Shown: positions 15,021 through 27,903 of the stretch, piece after piece
Position numbering within the stretch: the first letter of the stretch is position 1
How the letters are laid out: each line of letters opens with the position of its first letter
Assembly (NCBI GenBank): GCA_964016885.1
Contig: OZ024743.1
Coordinates: forward strand, 50,096,001 to 50,160,000
Direction of reading: 5' to 3'
From: Eledone cirrhosa
Taxonomy: Eukaryota
Length of the DNA: 64,000 bases
Program-made: the position numbers and the translations under genes
Notes under the pieces: model-generated
The model's input: the letters and a program-made list of their open reading frames with translations, nothing else
The model's database searches: none
What the model was told of the DNA's origin: nothing

Positions 15021-15320
15021 CTTCTTCTTCTTCTTCTTCTTCTTCTTCTTCTTCTTCTTCTTCTTCTATCTTCAACTTTGATTTTCTGAAAAGAAAACAT
15101 GTAAATTAGATTCCTAAAATTCGACATGGCAACAAAGAAAGAAAGAAGGGGAAAAAGAAGAGAAGAAAGAAGGGAAGAAAGAAGGGAAGAAAGAAGGGAA
15201 GAAAGAAGGGAAGAAAGAAGGGAAGAAAGAAGAGAAGACAGAAGGGAAGAAAGTAGAGAAGAAAGAAAAGGAAAAAGAAGGAAGATGAAAGAAGGGAAGA
15301 AAGAAGGAAGGAAGATGAAA
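14292..15320. repeat. Compound simple repeats (ATT, ACC/ATC, TTG, TTC, and a 12-bp GAAGAAAGAAGG unit)
   Basis: Direct reading. Confidence 0.95.
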
Positions 15321-16614
15321 GAAGCCTCTATATTTGTGTAATGGAAATATTTTGGAAGTGGCTAAACCAAAGTCAAATTTAAAATGGTAATTAATGAACG
15401 CTTCTTTCCCTGGCGTTTAACAATGCTAATAAAGCTGGTTGTATAGAGGAATATCAGGGAACATTAACCCGATGCCGGATAATTAATCCAGCGGTTATTA
15501 TCATCTGTTGACACCGATGCTAACTGTTTTAGATCAACAGAGCGTGTCAAAGTATGGAATGGTGTCGAATGAAATGGACCTTCATCGGTGTCGATAATGA
15601 GTGAATCTTCAATCAATGGATCAGCCTATCAGAGAAATTAACGTTCAAATGGCTGAGTATTCCACATACACGGGTACATGTACAGGGGCATTCAAAGGCG
15701 TAACACAGTGTGTGACAAGTCTGGTCCTTTGAATTACAGGTAGAGACAATGATAAAAGAAATGCCATGCTCAAGAACACGGCACGCTACCCGTTAAACCA
15801 CTTCTATTATAACAATCTCTAGAATAGCAAGAATTAAATCTGAATGCCTGGAGAGTTCGTCCTAAATTCCAAATTTATAAACACCAATATGGCGGCTACT
15901 TAAGTAGAAAACTAATTATAATTGATAATTATAGCCAAGATACGACGTCTACATTTGATGATGTAAATCCATAAATAAAGGAAACTGAATGGTGGACGTT
16001 GAAGCGACATCTATTCTGTTCTGACAGAAATATAATTAGAGAAATATAAGCTATTTCCTCCAGCCATATATGGAAGTATGTTTGGAGACTTCAAGACTAA
16101 ATTTCCAACAAACAACTTCAAATGCCCGCCAGTCTATGTTAAAGACATCATTATTTCAAAAATCACAGATTATTATAACAATTAAAGTTATTGAATAAAA
16201 AAAAATCTAATTTAAGAAAATGGATTTTAAAATTAAATAGCTCTCTTGTACAATAAGATATTTAAATAGATCCTAGTTATTTGTTATCCAGGCATTGTGA
16301 ACCTAATTTTAGATATGAGCATTGCCTCAGAAGAGCTTAACAACCGTTTTTTTTTGTTTTTGGTCTTTTGCAGATGGAGACTTATATGGAATTCTCACAA
16401 AAAGCCCTAAGAATCAATTTATTGTTTGTTAATAGAAATCTAAAACGTTAGAGTGGTGCAATGCTAATTATTTGTAATACTACATACTACACTGCGGGTT
16501 TATTTATAATGCTATATACATTGATGTGGGTATATTATCAATTAATTATATATATCCATATTTCTATATTTCTATATTTGTAATGCTACAAATTGCTGTA
16601 GGTATACACCTGTG

Positions 16615-16654
<40 letters not shown>

Positions 16655-16791
16655 TATTAAGTTGTTAAACAATATTCGATGATTATGTCAAAGAATGAGT
16701 TTTACAGTAGATTGGAAGCACCTCAACGGTATTAATTTTCAGGAGTTATTAATATAAGTATTAATAAAATAAATGTTCTTTTGATCAATTA

Positions 16792-16846
16792 CATTTTATT
16801 ATACATATTTCGGATGTACAACAGTACGTCCTCATCAGACAAAATA
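16792..16846 (-). ncRNA. Type I hammerhead ribozyme motif
   Basis: Minus: TATTTTGT-CTGATGA-GGACGTAC-TGTT-GTACATCC-GAAA-TATGTA-TA-ATAAAATG; canonical core, next to (TA)n; related to the HHR at 58504. Confidence 0.8.
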
Positions 16847-17529
16847 TAATGATACATGACATACCCTGAGATGTTAAATGGTTAAGATTTAATCAAGGTA
16901 GTGATTACCCGATAGAAAATTTTGCTTATATAATATTTGTGTGAGAGTGAGAAAACGTAATGAAATCATTAGAGAATGTGTGAGTAAGAAAAAACGTTGC
17001 ATACTTAAAGTGTTCTAAAATTTTAAATTGTATGATACTATTACTAGGGAAACGTCTCATGATTCATAACAGCCGGTGATAGCCACTGGAAAATGATTTA
17101 TAAGGAGGGAAAGATAAAGTGTAGGGTTTCTTTTTCGAAAGTTAAACGGTTAGAATTTGGAAATATTTAATTTATAATATTAATGTGAAGACTCCAGATT
17201 TCAGGATTATTTGCTATTTATTTATATATTATTTATATAAATTCGATAAACTTCTATATAAATTCGATAAACTTTATATATTATTTATATAAATTCGATA
17301 AACTTCTGAATTGTGAGAATAACATTTTAAAGGATTTAGCTGGCACGTAAAGAATGAAATATTATACTGTTGATTAATTACCTAAATCTAAACTTTAACA
17401 AATATCTCAACATATTATGTATGTAAAGCTTTTAAAGTACTTATTGTTTTAAATATTTGAATAACTATTATGTATATAGGTATATATTAATGAGTCAGTG
17501 TGTATAAGGTAAAAATAAAATAAAATAAA

Positions 17530-17688
17530 ATAATTGTCTCTACTTTAGGCACAAGGCCAGCAATTACCCAGTGCATTACTGGTACTTTATTTTATCGACC
17601 CCGTAAGGATGAAAGGCAAAGTCAACCTCGACGGGATTTGAACTCAGATCGTAAAGGGACGTAACTATGCTGGAAAGCATGGCGTCCG
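17530..17688 (-). mobile_element. tRNA-derived SINE (5'-truncated)
   Basis: Family core, flanked by AAAAT repeats. Confidence 0.8.
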
Positions 17689-17774
17689 AAAATAAAATAA
17701 AATAATATGTTACAGATAAAGTTTATAGATATGTATAATTATTCTTCAACCAAGATATCAACGTATTATTAGAT

Positions 17775-18185
17775 ATGGTGGCTACCAACTCGTTTTCGAG
17801 TACGGCCACTACTTTATATCCATGTAGGAGAACCCCTGCCGATGTGCTGACGAGTGCGACTTTTTAGTCCAGCCAGCGACTTGAAAACTCTGGTACAAAC
17901 ACTACACTTGTGACAATTATTGACACATAGTGCTGGGCCCATGGTACCATGTGACGACAAGTGCAGAGAGATCTCCAGATATAAATCAATGCCTGTACCG
18001 TGAAGCTTTTATAGTGAGCAAAGGCACTGCACAAAGCCAGTCCCACTCTCTTAACCAAGATAATATTTACCAAAAAGAAGAACAAGTCAACATCATTGGA
18101 TACCATCAGGGTTGCAGGTGTTATATCAGAGTTTTGCTTCTCCTAGAATTCTGCCTTGACAAAGGCTAAGGGGTCATCTCTCCCT
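17775..18185 (-). mobile_element. RTE-like non-autonomous element, 5'-truncated copy
   Basis: Near-identical to 7635-8045. Confidence 0.7.
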
Positions 18186-18526
18186 ATTAGATATAGGGAT
18201 GTATATATATATAGATATATATTAGGTATTATTAATGTAGTATACTTTAGGTAAATGATAACAGTTATACTCTTAACAACGTGTTATATTTAAATATATA
18301 CATGCATATAAGAAAAACGAACAATGAGTGCATGTATAAAATTCCAAATAATATCTATAATAATTTTTAGCCCGGATATTTTCTCCACATTTGAATCATG
18401 TATATAGAAGCATGGTATGCATATTCAAAAATATTTAAAAATACATAAGATACAATATATAACTAGATATATATTAGGCATTATTAATGCAGTATACTTT
18501 AAGCAAATGACAACAGTTATACTCTT

Positions 18527-18602
<76 letters not shown>

Positions 18603-18680
18603 ATGTTATATATTGCTGTAGGTATACACCTGTGTTAATATATATATAATGTTATACCTTGCTGCAGGTATATACCTATG

Positions 18681-18715
<35 letters not shown>

Positions 18716-19399
18716 CTACCTTCGTAATTTTAGACACACCACGTACTGTGTTTATTTCTACATATATTATTATTATATATATATATATAATTCTTTCTAC
18801 GTTAGGCACAAGACCACCAAATACCCAGTGTATTACTGGTACTTTATTTTATCGATATATAATGTTATACATTGCTATAGGTATAGACCTATAGTTTTGT
18901 TTCGTCATTTCCATCTACATCAGAATACGAAATGTCATAAAATATTTCAATTTGGATTTGAAAATCATTATGATCGCTTTTTTAGGCCAATTGCTGCTGC
19001 TGAAGGGGCATACTATCTTGTCAGTCTTTTAGGGCAGTGACTTCCCAGGAGAGGCCAGCCAACTAAAGAAGGGATATACTATTTGCTGATCTTTTTTATC
19101 AATAATTTCCCGAGAGTGGCCAGCCTGCTGGTGATGAGGTATATTACTTGCCAGGGTTTTAAGCCATTTACCTCTCGTGAGAGGTCGATGATGCAGGAAC
19201 AAAAATACAGAGTTATAGTTTATTTTTATTATTCAAGCCTAGGGGAAAGGACCATATCCATGGCCTCCGTAAATCCTCCGCGACCGATGAGAATTATTCT
19301 ATTAACCTCCTTGCAGAAACGACATGTGCACAGAACGAATTATTTCACAGGGACGGTGTTCTGGGAAGAAACGAGATGGTGTAGAGGTTAAGTTGGGGG

Positions 19400-19700
19400 C
19401 TGGGGGCTTAAAACAACATAAGTAATATAAGACAGGGAAAAGCGTATGATGTGAGTGTCTGAGTGGAGATGAAACGAGAGCAACCAGCTCAAAAAGCAAG
19501 GGTCATTTTAGTAGCAGTAGAAAACAGAGAGTGTATCAGGTCAGTAGTTATGGGGTAGAGTATGTGGATGAGGGATTTCATACCAGTCAGTTGTGTGGTC
19601 TTTCTTTGGGTATGGTCTATCATGTCTGTGTATGTAACAGTAGCAACATCACATGTGTGGAAGCAGTGCTCCATTGGGGTCACGGATACCTGTGTACAGA
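19400..19700 (-). pseudogene. Degenerate CR1/L2-like LINE ORF2 C-terminal fragment
   Basis: LLLCTQVSVTPMEHCFHTCD...DMIDHTQRKTTQL resembles the LLLYxxQVRPxMEYC...LDxIQRxAxRL motif. Confidence 0.5.
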
Positions 19701-20160
19701 GCAGCAACACTGTCCTAGATGTGGGAACAGCACCCCTCTCAGGACCTAAAATGTGTACATAGCAGCAACACTGTTCTAGATGTGGAAACAGACCTCTCTC
19801 AGGACCTAAGATGTATACAGGGCAGCAACACTGTCCTAGATGTGGAAACGGTACCCCTCTCAGGACCTAAGATACCTGTGTATGTAGCAGCAACACTGTC
19901 CTAGATGTGGAAACGGTACCCCTCTCAGGACCTAAGATACCTGTGTATGTAGCAGCAACACTGTCCTAGATGTGGAAACGGTACCCCTCTCAGGACCTAA
20001 GATACCTGTGTATGTAGCAGCAACACTGTCCTAGATGTGGAAACGGTACCCCTCTCAGGACCTAAGATACCTGTGTATGTAGCAGCAACACTGTCCTAGA
20101 TGTGGAAACGGTACCCCTCTCAGGACCTAAGATACCTGTGTATGTAGCAGCAACACTGTC
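19685..20160. repeat. 65-bp tandem minisatellite, about 7 copies
   Basis: CAGGACCTAAGATACCTGTG... recurs at 19861, 19926, 19991, 20056, 20121. Confidence 0.95.
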
Positions 20161-20477
20161 AGTGGGAACAGTATTTTATTGTAGGTATCACCTGAGCTTT
20201 GTAAAGTATTGAGTGTTACCCTGTGTTTCGCTGAATCTCACTGAATTGCGTTAGAAATGCACGTGTCTGTGGAATACTCAGCCACTTACATGTTAATTTA
20301 ATAAGTAGACCGTTCCATTGATCGAACAACTGCAAACATCCAGTCAAAAATAACGAAGACTCATTTACTTATGATATGACAAAGATTTATTATTTCATTA
20401 AAGAAATCAGTTAAGAATTGACAAATGTTCTTGACAGTCTATCTATGTATGAGTACAGAGTATTATAATATGTGGGG

Positions 20478-20668
20478 GACGGTGGATTGGCAGTATCGGT
20501 AGGGGGTCGGACGCCATGTTTTGACGCATACAGTTACGACCCTTGCCATTCTGAGTTCAAATCCCGCCGAGGTTAACATTGCCTTTCATCCGTACGGGGT
20601 CGGTAAAATAAAGTACCAGTAATGTACTGGGTAATAGCTGGCCTTGTGCCAAAAGTAGAAACAATTAT
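20478..20668 (+). mobile_element. tRNA-derived SINE, full length
   Basis: Head with GAGTTCAAATCC B-box, family core, AGAAACAATTAT end. Confidence 0.85.
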
Positions 20669-20703
20669 AATATGTGGAGGACAGTAGATAGAGACTTAAA
20701 CCT

Positions 20704-20905
20704 TTAGCATATTGGTGGCCTCCCCACAGCCCCGGCGGACAGAATGGAGAAGGCGTTTCCCCGGAGGACGGCAATGGAAACGCGCTGGAAAAGCCATTCC
20801 AGCTCGCGAGGCTCACACCTGCGGCTGGCCAGCTCAGCGCCTATGGTGGTGAGTAGGGAGGTAGCCCTAGGGCCGAGGACACCAGAAGTCTCCAAGCCAA
20901 GGATA
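20704..20905 (-). pseudogene. CRE-like non-LTR retrotransposon C-terminal fragment
   Basis: LGLETSGVLGPRA...EPRELEWLFQRVSIAVLRGNA matches the ETxG...QRxSIAxxRGNA C-terminal motif of CRE-type RLE elements. Confidence 0.65.
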
Positions 20906-21278
20906 CAGTTGAAATTTGGTAAGAATTTTATCATTGTAAAATATGAACATATAGTGTTGAAATAATTCTATATTGTCATATTGGAAGAAATTTTTGTGAG
21001 ACATCGTTATCTCTGATCTTAATTACTCCTGTTTCAAAGAACGAACATTTCCAAATAGTAATAATCACTTTAAACACAACATCATCACACCTCTTCAACA
21101 AATATTCTCTTATCGTCTTATTTTACAATTAACTCCACAAGATATGCGTCTTTTTCGTTTTTTTCATTTTTTTTTTCACTCTCGAATTGACATTAAAATC
21201 TATGTCATGTTCTTAAATTAATATTTCTACCTGGTGAAAGATAATTTCTTTTATCAAATCGATAAATGTAATTCTAGA

Positions 21279-21310
<32 letters not shown>

Positions 21311-21312
<2 letters not shown>

Positions 21313-21920
21313 GGTGGCTGCCAACTCGTTTTCGAGTACGGCCACTACTTTATATCCATGTAGGAGAACCCCTACCGATGCGCTGAACGAGTGTGACTTT
21401 TTAGTCCAGCCAGCGACTTGAAAACTCTGGTACAAACACTACACTTGTGACAATTACTGACACATAGTGCTGGGCCCATGGTACCATGTGACGACAAGTG
21501 CAGAGAGATCTCCAGATATAAAGCAATGCATGTGCCGTGAAGCTTTTATAGTGAGCAAAGGCACTGCACAAAGCCAGTCCCACTCTCTTAACCAAGATGA
21601 TATTTACCAAAAAGAAGAACAAGTCAACATCATTGGATACCATCAGGGTTGCAGGTGTTATATCAGAGTTTTCCTTCTCCTAGAATTCTGCCTTGACAAA
21701 GGCTAAGGGGTCATCTCTCCCGGTGATTTTGGATGGCCATTGACTCTTAAGAGCTCCTTTGCCCTTTGACAGGTTTTGTTTTTAGTCCTGCAGGATGTCC
21801 AAAGTCACCCTCCTCACCAAGAAACCTTGGTGGGGTTGCCAGTTTAGTCGCCAACGACCCGACCATGGGACAGGTTGTACTGGGATACATGTTACCAGTA
21901 GCACCAACTGGTGACCTGAC
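21311..21920 (-). mobile_element. Bipartite RTE-like non-autonomous element, complete copy in (TA)n
   Basis: Near-identical to 7635-8235 and includes the full 5' GTCAGGTCACCAG start. Confidence 0.7.
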
Positions 21921-21968
21921 ATATATATATGCATACATAAATACATACATATATATATATATACACAC

Positions 21969-22031
<63 letters not shown>

Positions 22032-22048
22032 CATACACACACACACAC

Positions 22049-22084
<36 letters not shown>

Positions 22085-22759
22085 AAATCATTTATTTTCG
22101 ACATTGTATTTATTTGTTGTTCTCATCTGCGAGATTAGAACGATAGAGAGAAAACAGTTCTTCTTCTTCTTCTTCTTCTTCTTCTTCTTCTTCTTCTTCT
22201 TGAATACCGATAAATAAGAACGACTTCCAATATTCTCGTTTAAGAATAACATCAAAAAGAATGACAATATTTTAATCAGTTGAAAGGAAAGGTTTTCATT
22301 CCAAAATCTTCAAAGAAATTATTTGTCAGTGAATTGTTTTCTGTTTCTTTGTATGTCTTGGTGAAATACACTTCGATAGGTTCGACGATGAGTGTACCAG
22401 TTGTTGGATCAAGGGTAAAGTCTGCACATTCCACAGACACGTGTACCTTTAGCATAATTCTCGTGAAGACTCAGTATGACACTGTCTGACAAGGCCGGCA
22501 CTTTGAATTACATCCTACAGGCTTCTAAACAGATTTAGTATGCCGAATTTCCCTCACAAGGCACAGTTCGACCCGGGCTTATGGTAAATAACATTTATCC
22601 AAGATATCCTGCAGTTAAATCGAACCCAGGACCTAAAGATTTCAAAACAAACTTCGTATTCATTCGGCCATGCAGCGTTCACATCTTTAGGTAAAGTAGC
22701 ATTTATTGCACAGGCTTAACTGTCTGGTCAAGGAGTTACTTCGAAACCGTGGGGTTTCG

Positions 22760-22976
22760 GTCTCACAACTTAGTGGTAACTTTTGGTTTCAATCTCACAA
22801 CGTGGTGGTAACTATTTGTCTCAATCTCACAACGTAGTGATAACTATTTGTCTCAATCTCACAACGTGGTGGTAACTATTTGTCTCAATCTCACAACGTG
22901 GTGGTAACTATTTGTCTCAATCTCACAACGTGATGGTAACTATTTGTCTCAATCTCACAACGTAGTGATAACTATT
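22760..22976. repeat. 32-bp tandem repeat, about 6-7 copies
   Basis: TCTCACAACGTGGTGGTAACTATTTGTCTCAA. Confidence 0.9.
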
Positions 22977-23526
22977 GCTCTGTGGTTGAACAGGAGAAGG
23001 ACTGTTAATGCCGTAGTAAAGTGTTGTTCAATAGAACTAATCCAGTAGGAATTACTCTGGACTTGGTCTTCCGTATGGCCGGTCCCGTTTTATTTATCTT
23101 GTCTATGGAACCGGCCATACGGCGAGGAGTCACCAATTTAACAGACGACTATATATATATATATATAAATTTTAGTACAGCATTAACGAAGCCTTAGTTC
23201 GTGGCCAAGCTAACGAATGCAAATTCGGTATGTAGCTTTAGCACTCGGATGGGGAAAAGTACCCCAGAGTAATAACAATACGTTTAGACAGCTTAGCAAA
23301 TCAAATATAGCGATCGGCCGTCCAGCCGCATCACTAGAGCAACGAAAATTCAGGACTCAGGAAAAGATTTTAGACTGACCTGAATAAAACGGTGAGACTG
23401 AATACAAAATATATAATGCATATCGTATAGCACACGATATACATCACATACAGCACACAACATCAGCACTAGGTTTCTGCAAATCCAAGATCGACAAATT
23501 CCGTTTGCAGGAGTCTGCACGTTAAT

Positions 23527-23594
<68 letters not shown>

Positions 23595-23597
<3 letters not shown>

Positions 23598-23985
23598 TGT
23601 GCGGACGGTATTTGTTTGCAAGATTACTGTCTATTAAAAAGTAACACAGTAGTTTTATTTTTTAAGATATATTTATCAAACTTGGGTCAGTTTGTCTTCA
23701 TGACTTGTTCTTTCGATCTCACTCAATAAACCCGCCATTGGCTTTGATGACGGCTTCAAGGCGGCCTCGTAACCGGCTACAGGCCTTCGTCACTGTCCCC
23801 CGACTTAGGACCCTAAAGGCACTTGTGATCCTGGCCTTCAGATCGTCTTTCGTATATCAATTATTCTGAAAATAAATAATGGAAATATAGTCACTGTTTT
23901 TATGAAGACAAGAGTGACAACGGAAGTAAAAAAATTGCATAAAATTGGCAGTTGAAAATTGCGAACAAATATCGTCTTCACCCTG
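23595..23985 (-). mobile_element. Internally deleted Tc1/mariner transposon
   Basis: 27-bp imperfect TIRs (CAGTGTGCGGACGGTATTTGTTTGCAA / CAGGGTGAAGACGATATTTGTTCGCAA), TA flanks; transposase C-terminus TKDDLKARITSAF...ACSRLRGRLEAVIKANGGFIE* at 23719-23855 (-). Confidence 0.85.
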
Positions 23986-24341
23986 TATATATATATATAT
24001 ATTGTTATACTTGGGGAGGGTCATACTGTTGTAATAATATTGCCAGAAATAATAACGGAACGCACTCACTGTTTGGTTGGTTTTCGCTTCTGTATCTTTT
24101 ATATCTCCATAGTTAATTCATTTGGCTATCAATGTTTATCACTGGTCAAAAATACAGATATAAATACATATATATATAGTCTAACAAAGTTCTTTCGTTG
24201 CACATCTGCAACATCATCAGTGGTACTATTATGTTTCCTCCTGTTGTATTGTATGTCTACGCCACAGAAACGCGTTAACGTTAAGGAAATTCAAAATCTC
24301 ACCACACCAAACGAGGTAAAAAAGAAAAAAGGGCGTAGACA

Positions 24342-25794
24342 TCTATACATATATATAAAACTGAAATTGTCTGTGTGTGTGTGTGTCCCCACCCCACTAA
24401 TTTTTGCAAAGTCTATACAAATCCACATTTCTACTCCGATTGACTTCAAACTTGTATTTATATATTCCTTGCGGTCTAAAGATATTAACTGCAGCTTTTA
24501 TTTTTCAATTTTCTGTTGTTAAAGGGGTGTTAGGCGCCGGTTATCGATCTCTCAGTCTTTCTTAGTCTGTCTTTTTAGATAGATACATAGCTATAACGTA
24601 GCGCCCTTATAATATCTGTCTGTATGTCTGGCTGTCTGCATTACGACATTATGACAAATATTGTTCTCATTGCTGACGTATTATCTTCACTATTTTCCGT
24701 TCATTGCCAGGGAACGTCTTCACGAACCAAAGTATTGTCTTTCTCTCTTTCTTCGGTTGCAACGTTTTTCGAAATATTTACTTCTGCGTTCACAGATTGA
24801 TTTTTTCAGTTTCAGAAGATCCCGTTAATGGTGAAAGCACACGTTGTAAGCAATGTCAATGTTACTGCTGCTACGTAGGACTCCCATTACCACTGAACTT
24901 TCACCTTTGCGTTCTGCATTTCCATCCGCAGGCCAACATGGAATGGTCTTCATAGTAGTCAGTTTATTGAGGGAGAAACAGAAGGGTCTCGAATTTGCCG
25001 TCCAAAAAACCCAATGACAATAACGAAAACTGCTAACATCGACGCAGAATGATACATTGTAGGTCGCTTTAACCCGTCTTTTATTAATCAAAAAACTTCT
25101 TGCCAATAAACATTAACCCTTTGTGCGCCATTCATCTAACTGTAGACCAACAAATACTAACTAAACGGAGCATTGACAAGAACGATGGCGAATGAATCTT
25201 CGAGGTAAGTAGTTTCCTCCCGAGCTGTTAATTCACGCAGGATTCTCTGCTACACCTTTTCATAATAATACCAAACAATGTACTGCTGGTCACTCCATCC
25301 TCCAAAAGCCGTACAAAGCGGACATGTGCACTGGGCAGATGGATCGGGTGCAAATCTACACCAGGCCTACGCGAGAAATTCGCAAGGGACTGCACCAAGA
25401 GGGATAGAGAGAAAGAGTAACTTAGTGGAAAGAGTGTGAATGAACTTTTGAGGTAAGTAGCCTACGCCTTACTGCTATGACACTGGAACCTTCTGCCAAC
25501 TTAACCTGTGACTTTCTCTTTCACATTTACTCCAATAGGCCAAAACAGAGTGGAAACGCTGGGGGACATTTGTCACAGAAGGAGTATGAAAAGAATGGGC
25601 TCAACAATATTTCTATGAACAATTCACATAGACAGCTAAACTGTACTTTCAACTTCTTAATTTTCTCCGAATAAAACAAGTTTCCTGTAGATATATTTTC
25701 GTGAGCTTTTAACAGGCACTCACAAATAAACGTTTCTCATTGGAGATGTTATTACCAATGTTCTTACCCGTGCAACACCGGGATACACTGCTAG
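24342..25794 (+). mobile_element. Non-autonomous Helitron
   Basis: Starts TC (TCTATAC), ends with subterminal hairpin CCCGTGCAACACCGGG and CTAG; inserted between A and T of GGCGTAGACA|TACAATAC with no TSD, as shown by the uninterrupted opposite arm. Confidence 0.85.
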
Positions 25795-25822
25795 TACAAT
25801 ACAACAGGAGGAAACATAATAG

Positions 25823-25866
25823 TACCACTGATGATGTTGCAGATGTGCAACGAAAGAACTTTGTTA
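25823..25866 (+). ncRNA. Hammerhead-like motif of family B
   Basis: TACCA-CTGATGA-TGTTGCA-GATG-TGCAAC-GAAA-GAAC-TT-TGTTA; antisense copies at 24182-24225 and about 32070-32110 (CTGACGA). Confidence 0.6.
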
Positions 25867-26264
25867 GACTATATATATATATTTATATCTGTATTTTCGA
25901 CTGTTGGTCAGTCAGTGATAAACATTGATGGCCAAATAAATTAACTATGGAGATATAAAAGATACAGAGCGAAAACCAACCAAACAGTGAGTGTGTTCTG
26001 TTATTATTTCTGGCAATATTATTACAACAATATGATCCTCCCCACGTATAACAATATTTGTTTCGACACACGATTTCATATAAAAAACCTTGCAAAACAA
26101 TATATATATATAGTTATGTAATAAACAACATAAGATAATTATTTCATTTACCAGTGGTTTCTTGAAAGCAAACAAAATTTGCTTTCAGTCATCAGAATGA
26201 AAAAATCGTGGTGTATTTATTGACAGTGGATTTTATATATATATATATACATATATATATGATA

Positions 26265-26295
<31 letters not shown>

Positions 26296-26299
26296 GATA

Positions 26300-26416
<117 letters not shown>

Positions 26417-26598
26417 GTATACAAGCATATAAACACACACACACATACACACACACACACATACATATGTGTGTGTGTTTGTAGGTGTATGAGTATGTAT
26501 GTATACACAGACACACACACATGCATATATACATATATATATATATATATATGAACTCGGGATAAATATGTCTCTCTCTCTCTCTCTGTCTCTCTCTC

Positions 26599-26695
<97 letters not shown>

Positions 26696-27811
26696 GTTAT
26701 ATAGTAGCTATTATTTTCCTGTTATTTTACTATTTAGAAGCAGCAACAACAACAACAGTAACAACAATAACAACAAGAGATTCCTGACGACCAGTCACCG
26801 GAATCTGTTCCTCCCCAGCCTTATTCAACCAGTGTTACAAACAAAACCGAATGCTATGTGTATTGTTAGCTGGATGTAACCCTAGCCTGGGGGATACTTC
26901 ACTCTCTCCACCATCATACCTACTTCTTTCATACAAAACTGACAATGTCATTATATTCTGCCTCACTAACAATTGCCATTTATTTCTCTTTCAGACTCAT
27001 CTCAAATCTATTTCTTTTTCTACTGAATTTTACATATATTTTACTTATTTCTATCGGATCATTTATCCGTTTGGGTTGGTGAGAGAAATTTCTGCACCAA
27101 TGGATTCCATATTGAAAAGAGCGATATAATGTGTTTCGTATTTCTAGCGTTAGAATCACTCCCCCACCTCCTAGCACAATAGAAATATATTCCTTAAAGG
27201 GGCAACTCTTTCAAAACAGACCTCAAAAGCTGCTTATTATCATATTATTATGATATAATATATAAATCTAATATTTTTACTCTTTTAGTTTTATCATTTA
27301 TTTTTGGTTTATATTTCCGAATGATTTATCATTTTTTGTTCCCACTGTGAAGGTGGAGTAGATAATTCATGCTGAAATATACAGAAATAGTGTTTAATAA
27401 ATATTATATGCAGGCAGTGAAAAAATACAGGAGAGAAAGGCAACGGAACTGCCATTTCAGGAACAATAATAACTATAACAATCTCTGAGCTGAGAGCGCC
27501 GAGTAGCAGAACAAATACCCAATGTGCTAACGATTCTGCTAAACACATCGCCATAGTCACATTGATAACAGGATATGGTGGAGTGGGTGCTACCGTGTGG
27601 GCCAAAAGAACGCAAGTTTTCCCTAGTAGCATCAATGCCGCTAGAGGGAGCAATACACAGGGAAATCTCCAGTAAACAGTTGGGAGAATGTAATGCCGAT
27701 GAAACTATGTAATATACACGTAATTGTACGGTATTTCTCCAACAAACTATTTGCTATTTTGACTATATTAAAGAAGTGGTCTATTTCGATATCCCCCTTC
27801 TGGTATCTCCT

Positions 27812-27903
27812 TTAAATATAAGATATCTTCACAGACGTGGCGTTAAATATAAGATATCTTCACATACGTGGCGTTAAATATAAGATATCTTCACATGCGT
27901 GGC
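27812..27903. repeat. 31-bp tandem repeat, 3 copies
   Basis: TTAAATATAAGATATCTTCACANACGTGGCG. Confidence 0.85.

Larger units (their letters stand above)
23995..26100 (+). mobile_element. Family B Penelope-like fold-back element (inverted arm, main arm and tail), split by a Helitron
   Basis: 24000-24262 is the reverse complement of 24332-24341 joined to 25795-26055; tail runs to 26100; TA flanks. Confidence 0.8.

Noticed and set aside
24825-25106. ORF starting MARSFLINK, reminiscent of a SNAG motif
   Set aside because: Starts at TTG, lies within a Helitron, and no zinc fingers or homeodomain follow
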